From Pseudobdellovibrionaceae bacterium (lineage in GTDB: Bacteria; Bdellovibrionota; Bdellovibrionia; Bdellovibrionales; Bdellovibrionaceae), in contig JBIKLL010000029.1 in assembly GCA_044359815.1 (NCBI GenBank), positions 1 to 27,868 on the forward strand: DNA of 27,868 nucleotides, read 5' to 3'. The notes under the pieces were generated by a model. That model was not told the DNA's origin and ran no database searches. It saw only the letters and a list, made by a program, of their open reading frames with translations. Below, piece after piece: positions 1 through 8,550 of the stretch. A program made the position numbers and the translations under genes. The number at the start of each line of letters is the position of its first letter. Positions within the stretch are counted from its first letter, which is position 1.

Positions 1-76
1 TTAGTTATTTAGTTATTTAGTTATTTAGTTATTTAGTTATTTAGTTATTTAGTTATTTAGTTATTTAGTTATTTAG
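1..76. repeat. Microsatellite (TTAGTTAT)x9.5, truncated by the window start
   Basis: Perfect 8-bp period from position 1 to 76. Confidence 0.97.
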
Positions 77-77
77 A

Positions 78-550
78 TCACTCCGGCGTCGGAGTGAGTG
101 GGCTTATATTTGATCTGAAAGATTTTAAAGAGAATGGATTGGATAAATCTTACGATGTCATTTGATGAACATTTGTTTTTCGATTGTGAAATTGTTGACA
201 TGTAAGTGGCTTCCGAAATCTCTAAGTTATTCAGATCACTCCGGCGTAGGAGTAGCACGACTTATATTTGTTTTGAAAGTTTTTTTGGGAATGAAATAGA
301 TACTTCTTACGATATCATTTGATAAATATCTATATTCAGATCGTGAAGCCATAGACAGGCAAATGGCTTCCGAAATTGCTAAGTTAATATTCTCACTCCG
401 GCGCCGGAGTAAGTTGGCTTATATTTGATCTGGAGAAGCTTCTTGGAAAAATAAATTATACTTATATCGATACTAATTGATGAAATTCTTTTTTCAGAGC
501 CAGAAGTGACTGAAAATCAAAAGTCCTCTGAAATTATTAAATTGCCAAAC
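78..550 (+). repeat. Degenerate tandem repeat, 3 units of ~157-158 bp
   Basis: TCACTCCGGCGYMGGAGT-N7-CTTATATTTG starts at 78, 236 and 393. The unit bodies also align (CTTACGATRTCATTTGAT and GGCTTCCGAAAT in units 1-2, more diverged in unit 3). Confidence 0.9.
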
Positions 551-556
551 TAATAG

Positions 557-667
557 AGCCTCGAAAACCAAAGTCTCAGAAATCATACCGTCCGAAACTA
601 AAGCCTCGAAAACCAAAGTCTCAGAAACCATACTGTCCGAAACCAGCCCGTCGAGAACTAAACCGCC
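557..667. repeat. 15-bp-period degenerate array containing a 45-bp duplication
   Basis: Seven 15-mers from 563 (GAAAACCAAAGTCTC, AGAAATCATACCGTC, CGAAACTAAAGCCTC...). 557-601 matches 602-646 at 41/45. Confidence 0.85.
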
Positions 668-737
668 AAAAAAGCTTCCAAAACTCAGAATTTAAAAATC
701 ATTCCGACAAAAAGCTCGGCTATGCTAAAATTAAATT

Positions 738-1844
738 CTAAGCTACGTTCTGACCGACTTCAGTTCCACTGACAGTGTACTTATTACGACCAGTGTTTTT
801 TGAATGATACAGAGCCTGGTCGGCTCGTTTAAGCCACTGATCTCTGGTTTCAGATTCCTTTAGCTGCGCAATCCCCAAGGAAGCGGTGAATCTCAATTGG
901 TGAGAACCTGTTACAAAAACATCTTTTCTGATTCTTTCCATCAGTTCATCGGCTTTTTTAACAGCATGGGGAACCTGATGATCGGGCAATATAATGGCAA
1001 ATTCTTCGCCGCCGATTCTTGCGACAAAATCATCTTTGCGACTGAAGACGCCCTTTAGTAATTTGGCACATTCCTTCAGAATAAAATCCCCAATGTCATG
1101 TCCATAGGTATCGTTAATCTTTTTAAAAAAATCTATATCCAGAGTAATGATTGAAACACTATGACCAGCCAACTTGTAAAGCTGTACATGTTTTTTCATT
1201 TGCTCATCAAATGCTTTGCGATTGTTCAGACCAGTTAAATGATCAGTCAACGCCGCTTGATTTGTTTCGAGCAATTTCTTTTTCACAGAATCCAGGTTCT
1301 TTTTGATCGATTCAACCTTGCGCTCATTGCGAACAGTTTTTTTAGTCTGAGTTTCAACATAAAAATCAATGAATTCTCGTGATTTTGATTTCAATTCTTG
1401 TATCGAGTTTGATTCAACGGCTTCACGAAGTTGATCCAAATTATTTTTAATCAGATTATCTTGATTTTTTTCAAAAGTTGCATCGTCACCTAATTGGTCA
1501 GCAAAGTCCCAAATAATATGCTTAAATTCATCAAAAGTTTTTTGTATGTAGGCGTATTCTTCCAGTCTGTAGCTTGAAAAATATTGTCTTAATCTAAACA
1601 GTAGCTTCTCAGTGTCTTCATATTTGGGATCCAGCAGATTTTTTGCGTATTCGTCAAAATGTTCACGGGCTTTTCTGGCCGAAGTTTGATCTGTGTCGAC
1701 TAAATACTTTCCGAAAGCATCCAACATGTACAGCAGGGTCGCTCTGTCTTCGGTTAAATCCACAGAAGACTTGCCTTTGACATCATCGACATCAATTTCG
1801 ATTTCAAATTGTTCTAACAATTTCTTAACCCATTGACGCATCAT
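738..1844 (-). CDS. Diguanylate cyclase (GGDEF domain) with helical N-terminal region
   Basis: TDHLTGLNNR, DIDFFKKINDTYGHDIGD, RKDD (RxxD I-site) five residues before GGEEF, ADQALYHSKNTGRN. Confidence 0.95.
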   Translation of the reverse strand: MMRQWVKKLLEQFEIEIDVDDVKGKSSVDLTEDRATLLYMLDAFGKYLVDTDQTSARKAREHFDEYAKNLLDPKYEDTEKLLFRLRQYFSSYRLEEYAYIQKTFDEFKHIIWDFADQLGDDATFEKNQDNLIKNNLDQLREAVESNSIQELKSKSREFIDFYVETQTKKTVRNERKVESIKKNLDSVKKKLLETNQAALTDHLTGLNNRKAFDEQMKKHVQLYKLAGHSVSIITLDIDFFKKINDTYGHDIGDFILKECAKLLKGVFSRKDDFVARIGGEEFAIILPDHQVPHAVKKADELMERIRKDVFVTGSHQLRFTASLGIAQLKESETRDQWLKRADQALYHSKNTGRNKYTVSGTEVGQNVA

Positions 1845-1916
1845 TGGCCCCCAACCTAAAACAGATCGGCCAATTGCTCTGATTGGTAAACAAGGCAGGG
1901 GTCGTGAATTGGCTGA

Positions 1917-3575
1917 CTAAAGTCCTGTAAAGTCTTTTTGCAGATCAAACTGACTCAAATCCAATCGGACTTCTTGAGTCCGAAATTTTACTTTGACTCT
2001 GTAGCGGTTGGTGTTGGATTTAGACTGCCAAGTAAACTTATTTCTGTGTTCTGTGAGTTCGATTTCTTTACCTGAATCAATTTGAAACCATTTGATTTCC
2101 AGACCAGGTAATTTAACCGTTTGTAAATCAACCTGAAAGCCCTGTGCTGTTACAAACACTTTCAGATCATCAACAATCTTGATTTTGTTTAAAAACTTAA
2201 GCCACATATTTTCTTGGTCCACAGAACAAAAATGTGTGGTTTCCATATTCCTCATTAAACACGATTCAAAAGTCGGGCGGTAGGTTAGCTTTCCGGAATC
2301 ATCAAAGGTTGAAAAGGCTGCAATCTTGCCAGGGGTAAAGTCGTATCCCGCTGGCATAGCAAAGACTTCTGCAAAGCCTAAAACATTGTCATCGTCTGGT
2401 GTTTGCTGGCTGATTTTTAATTTGTATTCAGATCCAGCTTTTGCGTTCAATGGCCCCAAATAATGAAAGCTTCTATCGTTATGCAATTTGCCTGTCAATT
2501 TTACCGGCTGATCATTTAGTGTCACCAAAACGTCTTGTGGCGAGCTCCATCCCACAGAGCTTAGAACAATAAATAATTTAGAAAAATCATTGGGCATCAC
2601 AAAATCACTGATGTAATCAGAGTCTTTCAGATTGTGCCAAACGTAATCCCCAGACAGCAGTTTATTATTATATGTTTGAAGCTTTCCTGAAATCCATTGC
2701 GGCCATTTAATCTGTCCAGGCAGTGAACTGTTTGCACCAAAATAAGCGCCACCATTATCGTATTCTTCACCGACTTCCCCAAAATTGTGGCCCAATTCAT
2801 GTCTCAGAACAATCAGCCCAGAAGATTTGGAGGAAGTTGAAATCGCATAGCGTCCCCCCAATCCACCGTAATATTCATCGTTTGCTATTACGATAGGATA
2901 ATCTGTAGCAGGAGCCGCCGACAAAGCCGCATCGATGGCGTCTTCGTTTCCTGGAAAAATTGCTCGCTTTGAACCCTTGGGTGTTCTGTATAATCCAAAT
3001 GCTGTGTCTTTAGGGGCGCCGTCACCAATGCCAGACGTATTGGATTCGGTAAAAACCGCATAAACATTAAACAATGGTAAATAAGATTTAAAAGTTGCTG
3101 TTTCAAACAAGCCCTGCAAAGTGCGCTCGGCATCTGCAAAAAATTTTTCACTCTCTGAAGCTAAATATCCATCACCCACAATGGTTAAATTGATTCGATT
3201 TTCCACAGGTCCTTGCAGCTTTAATATTTTCAGCTCACCTAAATTCTGATTTCGCCTTTGTGATTGCATTTGATACTGCCATCTCAGATCGGGTTCCAAC
3301 ATGTCTTCAGACACTGCGATTTCACGAAAGGTTGCCAGTTGGGATTTTTTGTCAGGAGCTTCGATGTAATAGGGAAGCTGCCGAAGGATTTTCCGATAAT
3401 TAGATTTTGTTTGAGCTCGAATTCCTTTGATGGGTTTTAGTTTTGTGACGCCTAAAACTTCGATTCCGTTTTTGGTTATCTTTTGATGAATCCGGTATTC
3501 TGCAAAGGCCGAATTGGTTAATATCAACACTGTCAGCGCCATAAATTTGATCAATAAATTAAATGGTTTCAACAT
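1917..3575 (-). CDS. Secreted M64-family (IgA peptidase-like) zinc metallopeptidase
   Basis: INLTIVGDGY, YGGLGG, HELGH zincin motif followed by GEEY, CLMR...FCSV; signal peptide ending AFA. The real start may be the ATG at 3542. Confidence 0.85.
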   Translation of the reverse strand: MLKPFNLLIKFMALTVLILTNSAFAEYRIHQKITKNGIEVLGVTKLKPIKGIRAQTKSNYRKILRQLPYYIEAPDKKSQLATFREIAVSEDMLEPDLRWQYQMQSQRRNQNLGELKILKLQGPVENRINLTIVGDGYLASESEKFFADAERTLQGLFETATFKSYLPLFNVYAVFTESNTSGIGDGAPKDTAFGLYRTPKGSKRAIFPGNEDAIDAALSAAPATDYPIVIANDEYYGGLGGRYAISTSSKSSGLIVLRHELGHNFGEVGEEYDNGGAYFGANSSLPGQIKWPQWISGKLQTYNNKLLSGDYVWHNLKDSDYISDFVMPNDFSKLFIVLSSVGWSSPQDVLVTLNDQPVKLTGKLHNDRSFHYLGPLNAKAGSEYKLKISQQTPDDDNVLGFAEVFAMPAGYDFTPGKIAAFSTFDDSGKLTYRPTFESCLMRNMETTHFCSVDQENMWLKFLNKIKIVDDLKVFVTAQGFQVDLQTVKLPGLEIKWFQIDSGKEIELTEHRNKFTWQSKSNTNRYRVKVKFRTQEVRLDLSQFDLQKDFTGL

Positions 3576-4785
3576 AGTCCAAATCCTTTCCGTAAGTCTC
3601 GGATAAATTATAAAGAGCTAAAAAGGCAATCACTACACAGACTCCACCTACAACAAGTGCCGAATTAATGAGGCCCAATTGAGGTGTCAAATGTTGAAAG
3701 AACAAGGTTGTTAGTACCACAGATCCCCTGACAAAATTAGGCGTGGTGGTGGCGACAGTGGCTCGCAGATTAGTTCCGAACTGTTCAGCAGCGACAGTGA
3801 CAAACACGGCCCAATAGCCGGTTGCAAAGCCCAACAGTGAACACAGAAAATAAAAATGATTCAGTGAAGTGTTTCCGTTAAATGCATAGTAAACTATCAG
3901 CGCACAAGTCAGGGATAAAAAAGCCAGCACAGTTTTTTTGCGGCTTTCAATCAATTGGCTCATAACCCCACTCATAATGTCGCCAACCGATAGCCCCAAA
4001 TAACACCACATAATAGCTTTGCTGGCGGTTACGCCTTCTACACCCAGCACTGTTGATAGTTCTGGTGAAAACGTAATTAATATTCCAATAACAAACCAAA
4101 TGGGAACACCGATCGCTATGCACGACAAGTATCGTGTAAATCGACTCCAGTTATTAAACAGCTGGATAAAATTACCACGGGCAACATGCTTTTGTTCTTT
4201 CATTTGGTCAAACATTGAGGACTCCAGCAATCCAGCACGCAATGCTAACAGGCAAAGCCCCATGCTGCCGCCAATGACGTAAGCCGTTTTCCAGTCAAAA
4301 TAATCACCGACCAATGAGGCAAACACAGCTCCTAAAATCCCAACACCTGCAACAATGGCAGTGCCATAGCCCCTGGATTTTTTATCCATGACTTCTGATA
4401 CTAGTGTTATTGCTGCTCCCAGTTCGCCAGCCAGCCCAATTCCTGCAACAAATCTTAACAAAGCATACATTTCAACATTAGTGACGAAGGCATTCAAAAT
4501 GTTGGCGATGCTGTACATAAAAATAGATCCAAACAAAACGCTTTTGCGGCCTCTTTTGTCGCCCAGAATTCCCCAGATAATTCCGCCAATCAGCATCCCA
4601 GCCATTTGGTAATTTAAAAGCGACAATCCCACAGTCATCAACTGATCAGAAGGGACTCCGATGGCTATCAGACTTGGTTGTCTGACAATGCCAAACAACA
4701 GCAGATCAAAGATGTCTACAAAATACCCTAAGGCAGCTACGGTCACTGTTAAAACAACTTTGCGTTCGATCTTTTTATCCTTCAT
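3559..4785 (-). CDS. MFS transporter
   Basis: About 12 hydrophobic segments; motif A GILGDKRGRK; RFVAGIGLAGE. Confidence 0.93.
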   Translation of the reverse strand: MKDKKIERKVVLTVTVAALGYFVDIFDLLLFGIVRQPSLIAIGVPSDQLMTVGLSLLNYQMAGMLIGGIIWGILGDKRGRKSVLFGSIFMYSIANILNAFVTNVEMYALLRFVAGIGLAGELGAAITLVSEVMDKKSRGYGTAIVAGVGILGAVFASLVGDYFDWKTAYVIGGSMGLCLLALRAGLLESSMFDQMKEQKHVARGNFIQLFNNWSRFTRYLSCIAIGVPIWFVIGILITFSPELSTVLGVEGVTASKAIMWCYLGLSVGDIMSGVMSQLIESRKKTVLAFLSLTCALIVYYAFNGNTSLNHFYFLCSLLGFATGYWAVFVTVAAEQFGTNLRATVATTTPNFVRGSVVLTTLFFQHLTPQLGLINSALVVGGVCVVIAFLALYNLSETYGKDLDYVETI

Positions 4786-4820
4786 AATTTTAGTATGTCC
4801 TCATCATTGGATTTTTACAA
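4760..4820. promoter_or_regulatory. Symmetric bidirectional sigma70-like promoter, probably leaderless in both directions
   Basis: Plus strand: TTGCGT(4760-65)-17-CATAAT(4783-88)-6-ATG(4795). Minus strand: TTGTAA(4820-15)-17-CATACT(4797-92)-6-ATG(4785). Confidence 0.65.
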
Positions 4821-5955
4821 AAATATTAAGCCTTGCAAGGAATTTATTGAAGTCTTAGATCCCTCTTCCAGCGTCATTGCACCCGACGACTGGAGCATTG
4901 TTGTGACCGACATTCAGGGCTCAACAAAAGCAGTTGCCGAGGGTAAATACCAGCAGGTTAATTACGCCGGTGCTGCCACGATCACAGCTGTTATCAACGA
5001 AATGAAGGAGATTGAGTTTCCCTTTGTGTTTGGTGGAGACGGTGCGACCATGTTGATTCCCAATGTCTCAAAAGACCAAGTTCTGAAAGCGCTCAGTGAT
5101 TTAAAATCTCATGTTCTAACGGTTTACGGTCTGTCGATCAGAATCGGTTGTGTGCCCCTTTCAGATTTAAAGCCCAAAAATTCTGAAATCAGAGTTTCAA
5201 AATACAAACTGTCAGATAAAAATGCGATCGCTGTTTTTATGGGTGGTGGGGTCTCTGCGGCAGAGGAATTAGTTAAAGCAAAAGGCAGTCATTATTTATT
5301 TGAAGCCAATAACAGTAACGATGCCCCAAATCTGGAGGGTTTGTCCTGCCGGTGGACTCCGATTAAAAACAAAAATGGCCAAATGGTTTCCATGATTGTT
5401 TTATCCAGGGACTCAGTAAATTCTGTCAAAGTTTATCAAACACTGATCACCGAGTTTGAGAAAATTTTAAATGGCGACATCAGATCCGCCAATCCTGTTC
5501 ATTTAGATGGGCTTAAAACTGCAGTTTCGCACCAAGGGCTTTTTATTGAAGCCAAGAAAAATATTTTTCTGTTTATTGGGCTCACGCTGAAACAGTGGCT
5601 TTTAAAGATTTTATTGTATCTGCCCATAGCAAAAATCCAAGACGGTTATCAAAAATACAGATCAGAACTGACCAGACATGCGGATTATAAAAAAATCGAT
5701 GATGTCTTAAGACTTGTGATTGATTGCACGCCTTCGCAAATACAGCAGATCCAAAGGCTTTTGCTTAAGCACTATCATGCGGGTGAAATTTTTTATGGGC
5801 TTCATGAATCTTCCGAATCTTTGATGACTTGTTTGGTGTTTTCGATGACCGACAGTGATCATCTGCATTTTATTGATGGCGCCGGTGGCGGTTACACAAT
5901 GGCCGCAAAGATGCTCAAACAACAAATCAGCCAAGCTAAGCTCTCACAACACTAA
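4795..5955 (+). CDS. DUF3095 family protein (nucleotidyl-cyclase-like motifs)
   Basis: DWSIVVTDIQGSTKAV..GKYQQVN, PFVFGGDGA, GLSCRW, HFIDGAGGGYTMAA match my recollection of DUF3095. Confidence 0.85.
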   Translation: MSSSLDFYKNIKPCKEFIEVLDPSSSVIAPDDWSIVVTDIQGSTKAVAEGKYQQVNYAGAATITAVINEMKEIEFPFVFGGDGATMLIPNVSKDQVLKALSDLKSHVLTVYGLSIRIGCVPLSDLKPKNSEIRVSKYKLSDKNAIAVFMGGGVSAAEELVKAKGSHYLFEANNSNDAPNLEGLSCRWTPIKNKNGQMVSMIVLSRDSVNSVKVYQTLITEFEKILNGDIRSANPVHLDGLKTAVSHQGLFIEAKKNIFLFIGLTLKQWLLKILLYLPIAKIQDGYQKYRSELTRHADYKKIDDVLRLVIDCTPSQIQQIQRLLLKHYHAGEIFYGLHESSESLMTCLVFSMTDSDHLHFIDGAGGGYTMAAKMLKQQISQAKLSQH

Positions 5956-6047
5956 AAATTCATTGCAGTCAGAGGTCCTAATGCTGTGTATTTTCTTTTG
6001 CGCAATCGGTTTCTTGCAATCATGATTTTATAAACAGGAGATCCAGT

Positions 6048-7127
6048 TTGCAAAAAATCAAAGAGTTTGTTCGGAAAAATGAAACCCGTCTGGAAATCGG
6101 CTTTTTCGTAGCAGGGGTTTTGGTTGATATCATCATGCTGCCAAAGCCCGACGATTTGATTTCGATCATTCAGCAAATTGTCTATCTGGGATTGATCTAT
6201 TTGATTTTACATTATGAATTGTTGCGACAGATTAATGCCTGGGTTCCTGGCCCCAAGATGGCCAAATACTGGGAAAATCACCGATTGATTCTGCATTTTT
6301 TGATGGGATCGATTCTAAATCTGTATTCGTTATTTTTTATCAAGAGCGCGTCTTTGTTTAGCAGCATTATTTTTCTGTTCGTGATGGGTGCCATAGTGGT
6401 TGGCAACGAACTGCCAATGTTTAAAAAATCCAATGCGTCTTTTAAAATTGCTGTCTTTGTGTTGTGTGTGTTTTCGTTTTTTTCGATTTTGACTCCCGTA
6501 TTAATGGGATATGTGGGCTACATTCCGTTGGCAGTGGCTATTGCCGCCACAGCATTGATAGTTTACTTAATGTTCAAACATTTGAATTCAAAAATCAAAG
6601 ACCCTCGTTTGACCATGCAATCGATTTTGGCCCCCAGTTTTACTGTGATGGGATTGTTTATTGCATTTTATTTTATGGGTTGGATTCCGCCTGTACCGAT
6701 ATCGGTGAAAGAACAAGCCATTTATCACAATATCACCAAGGAAAACGGACAGTATAAATTGTTTCACCAAAAGCCTTGGTGGAAATTTTGGGAAAATGGA
6801 GATGAAACATTCTTAGCACAGTCAGGTGACAGCATATATTATTACGCACAGATTTATTCGCCAGCAAATTTTAACGATCAGGTATTTGTGGTGTGGTCTT
6901 TTTTAAACGCAAAAGGCAATTGGGAAATTGGGGACAAAATTCCGATCAATATATCAGGAGGTCGCGAGCAGGGATTTAGAGGCTACACCTACAAATCCAA
7001 CTACCAAGAAGGCAAATGGCGGGTTCAATTGGTGTCACGGATTGGCCAAGAAATTTCCAGATTATACTTTGAGGTCAGCAAGGTAGAGCCCGACCCAAAC
7101 AGAGTTTTCGATTTCGAACTCAGATAA
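6048..7127 (+). CDS. DUF2914 domain membrane protein
   Basis: TTG start with an AGGAG SD; about 7 TM segments, then PPVP and C-terminal GGREQGFRGYTYKSNYQEGKWRV. Confidence 0.8.
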   Translation: MQKIKEFVRKNETRLEIGFFVAGVLVDIIMLPKPDDLISIIQQIVYLGLIYLILHYELLRQINAWVPGPKMAKYWENHRLILHFLMGSILNLYSLFFIKSASLFSSIIFLFVMGAIVVGNELPMFKKSNASFKIAVFVLCVFSFFSILTPVLMGYVGYIPLAVAIAATALIVYLMFKHLNSKIKDPRLTMQSILAPSFTVMGLFIAFYFMGWIPPVPISVKEQAIYHNITKENGQYKLFHQKPWWKFWENGDETFLAQSGDSIYYYAQIYSPANFNDQVFVVWSFLNAKGNWEIGDKIPINISGGREQGFRGYTYKSNYQEGKWRVQLVSRIGQEISRLYFEVSKVEPDPNRVFDFELR

Positions 7128-7324
7128 ATCAATCTGCCAATATTGAATTTTCAGAAAAACAGAATTTAGAAATAAATATTTTTACTTAAAAAGGTTCTCC
7201 GCGGAGCCTGGAAGGCGGGGGCGCAGCCCGAGCGGCTGAAGCATGGAGCTGTAACCTTTTTAAGTAAAAATATTTATTTCTAAATTCTGTTTTTCTGAAA
7301 ATTCAATATTGGCAGACTGATTTA
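7125..7324. repeat. Long inverted repeat: 72-bp arms around a 56-bp GC-rich core
   Basis: 7125-7196 is the reverse complement of 7253-7324 with one mismatch. The arms include the TAA stop codons of both convergent flanking genes. Confidence 0.95.
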
Positions 7325-7918
7325 GAATCCGATATTGATAGCGGGCGAGATTTTAAACAATCCCTTTTCATTGATATTGACCAGTCCTAACTGAATCCCA
7401 TGCAATGACACCGCTTGATTGACCAAGCCGATTTGAAAGCCGTAAACATTGTTGGCTCTGTTAATCAATCCGATTTGGAAACCATAGATGTCAGTGTAAG
7501 AGCTAAAATTACCAATCAATCCCAGCTGAACTCCGTAAATCGCTGATTGTGCCGTGTTCACATTCACGCCAGCAGTGACCTGCAGTCCATAAACATTGGT
7601 TTTATTAGTATTTACGTTAACCAATCCGGCAAGCTGCAAACCAATAGCATGAGTGCTACCGTGAGTAACATTGGCCACGCCCGAAATACCGATACCGACA
7701 AAGTCTTGCTGAGTGACATTGCCCAGTAATCCAAAATCAAAACCGTAAACATTTCTGTGATCACCATAGATGATGCTAGTCCTCAGGCCAGTGATATTCC
7801 AATCATCAGCAGGAAACTGAACCGGTGGAATGATGCTCACACTGACTGGAGCCACGGCGGCGTAAGAGGTTGTTGAAACTGCAAAACATAATATCGTTGT
7901 ATAAAAAAGTTTTTTCAT
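7322..7918 (-). CDS. LA_2272-type surface repeat protein (secreted)
   Basis: Signal peptide; repeated G(F/L/I/V)Q(I/L)GL(V/I)N units; C-terminal Phe. Confidence 0.75.
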   Translation of the reverse strand: MKKLFYTTILCFAVSTTSYAAVAPVSVSIIPPVQFPADDWNITGLRTSIIYGDHRNVYGFDFGLLGNVTQQDFVGIGISGVANVTHGSTHAIGLQLAGLVNVNTNKTNVYGLQVTAGVNVNTAQSAIYGVQLGLIGNFSSYTDIYGFQIGLINRANNVYGFQIGLVNQAVSLHGIQLGLVNINEKGLFKISPAINIGF

Positions 7919-8010
7919 ACCTCAAAGTTTAGACGCATAAAAAACAAATTCAATAGGTTTGTTGATTTTTATGTTATGGTCCCGACGTTTTTAGGATAAA
8001 GTTTCAGGAC

Positions 8011-8526
8011 ATGCAAAAATATTTAGTTTTTTTTATTTCGATTTTTGTCCTGATTTCATGTTCCAGTCACAGACCCAAAGAATTTTATCCTGATGAAACA
8101 AAATCCAAAATTTCGGAATCAACAAAAGCAGAAACTAAAATTCCTGAAATAGATCTTAAGAGTTTGCAATCAAAACTGGGCATGGAAAGAGCCATTGATC
8201 AATTGGGGTTCGAAGAAAAAAGATACGGAAGCGATTATTTTTCGACGATTTATTTTCGCATTCAATGCCGTGATTCCGAGGGCACAGTCGAATATGTGTC
8301 TGAATCTGATTTTACAGCCCTCAGTGCAGATTTGAATTGGCAGATTTCAAAAACCTCGGGGATTGTTAAAACAGATGATTTGGGTTTTGGACAAATCAGA
8401 TTGCTGAGTCGTGATTCAGTAAAAAACGGCAGATTGATTATCAAAAGTAATTCAGACCTGTTGGGTCTTAAGGTCGCCGAAGTTCAAAGATTTATTGTGC
8501 CAATCTATTGGTGTAAACAAATTTAG
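8011..8526 (+). CDS. Hypothetical lipoprotein
   Basis: Hydrophobic N-terminus with lipobox LISC. Confidence 0.75.
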   Translation: MQKYLVFFISIFVLISCSSHRPKEFYPDETKSKISESTKAETKIPEIDLKSLQSKLGMERAIDQLGFEEKRYGSDYFSTIYFRIQCRDSEGTVEYVSESDFTALSADLNWQISKTSGIVKTDDLGFGQIRLLSRDSVKNGRLIIKSNSDLLGLKVAEVQRFIVPIYWCKQI

Positions 8527-8550
8527 TAATCTTTGCCTGATTTCAGGATT

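Noticed and set aside
73..258. 61-aa minus-strand ORF
   Set aside because: It lies antisense to the repeat, the frame is not preserved in the other units, and synonymous changes favour the plus strand.
78..550. CRISPR array
   Set aside because: The period is ~157 bp, the intervening sequences are homologous to each other rather than unique spacers, and no cas genes are present.
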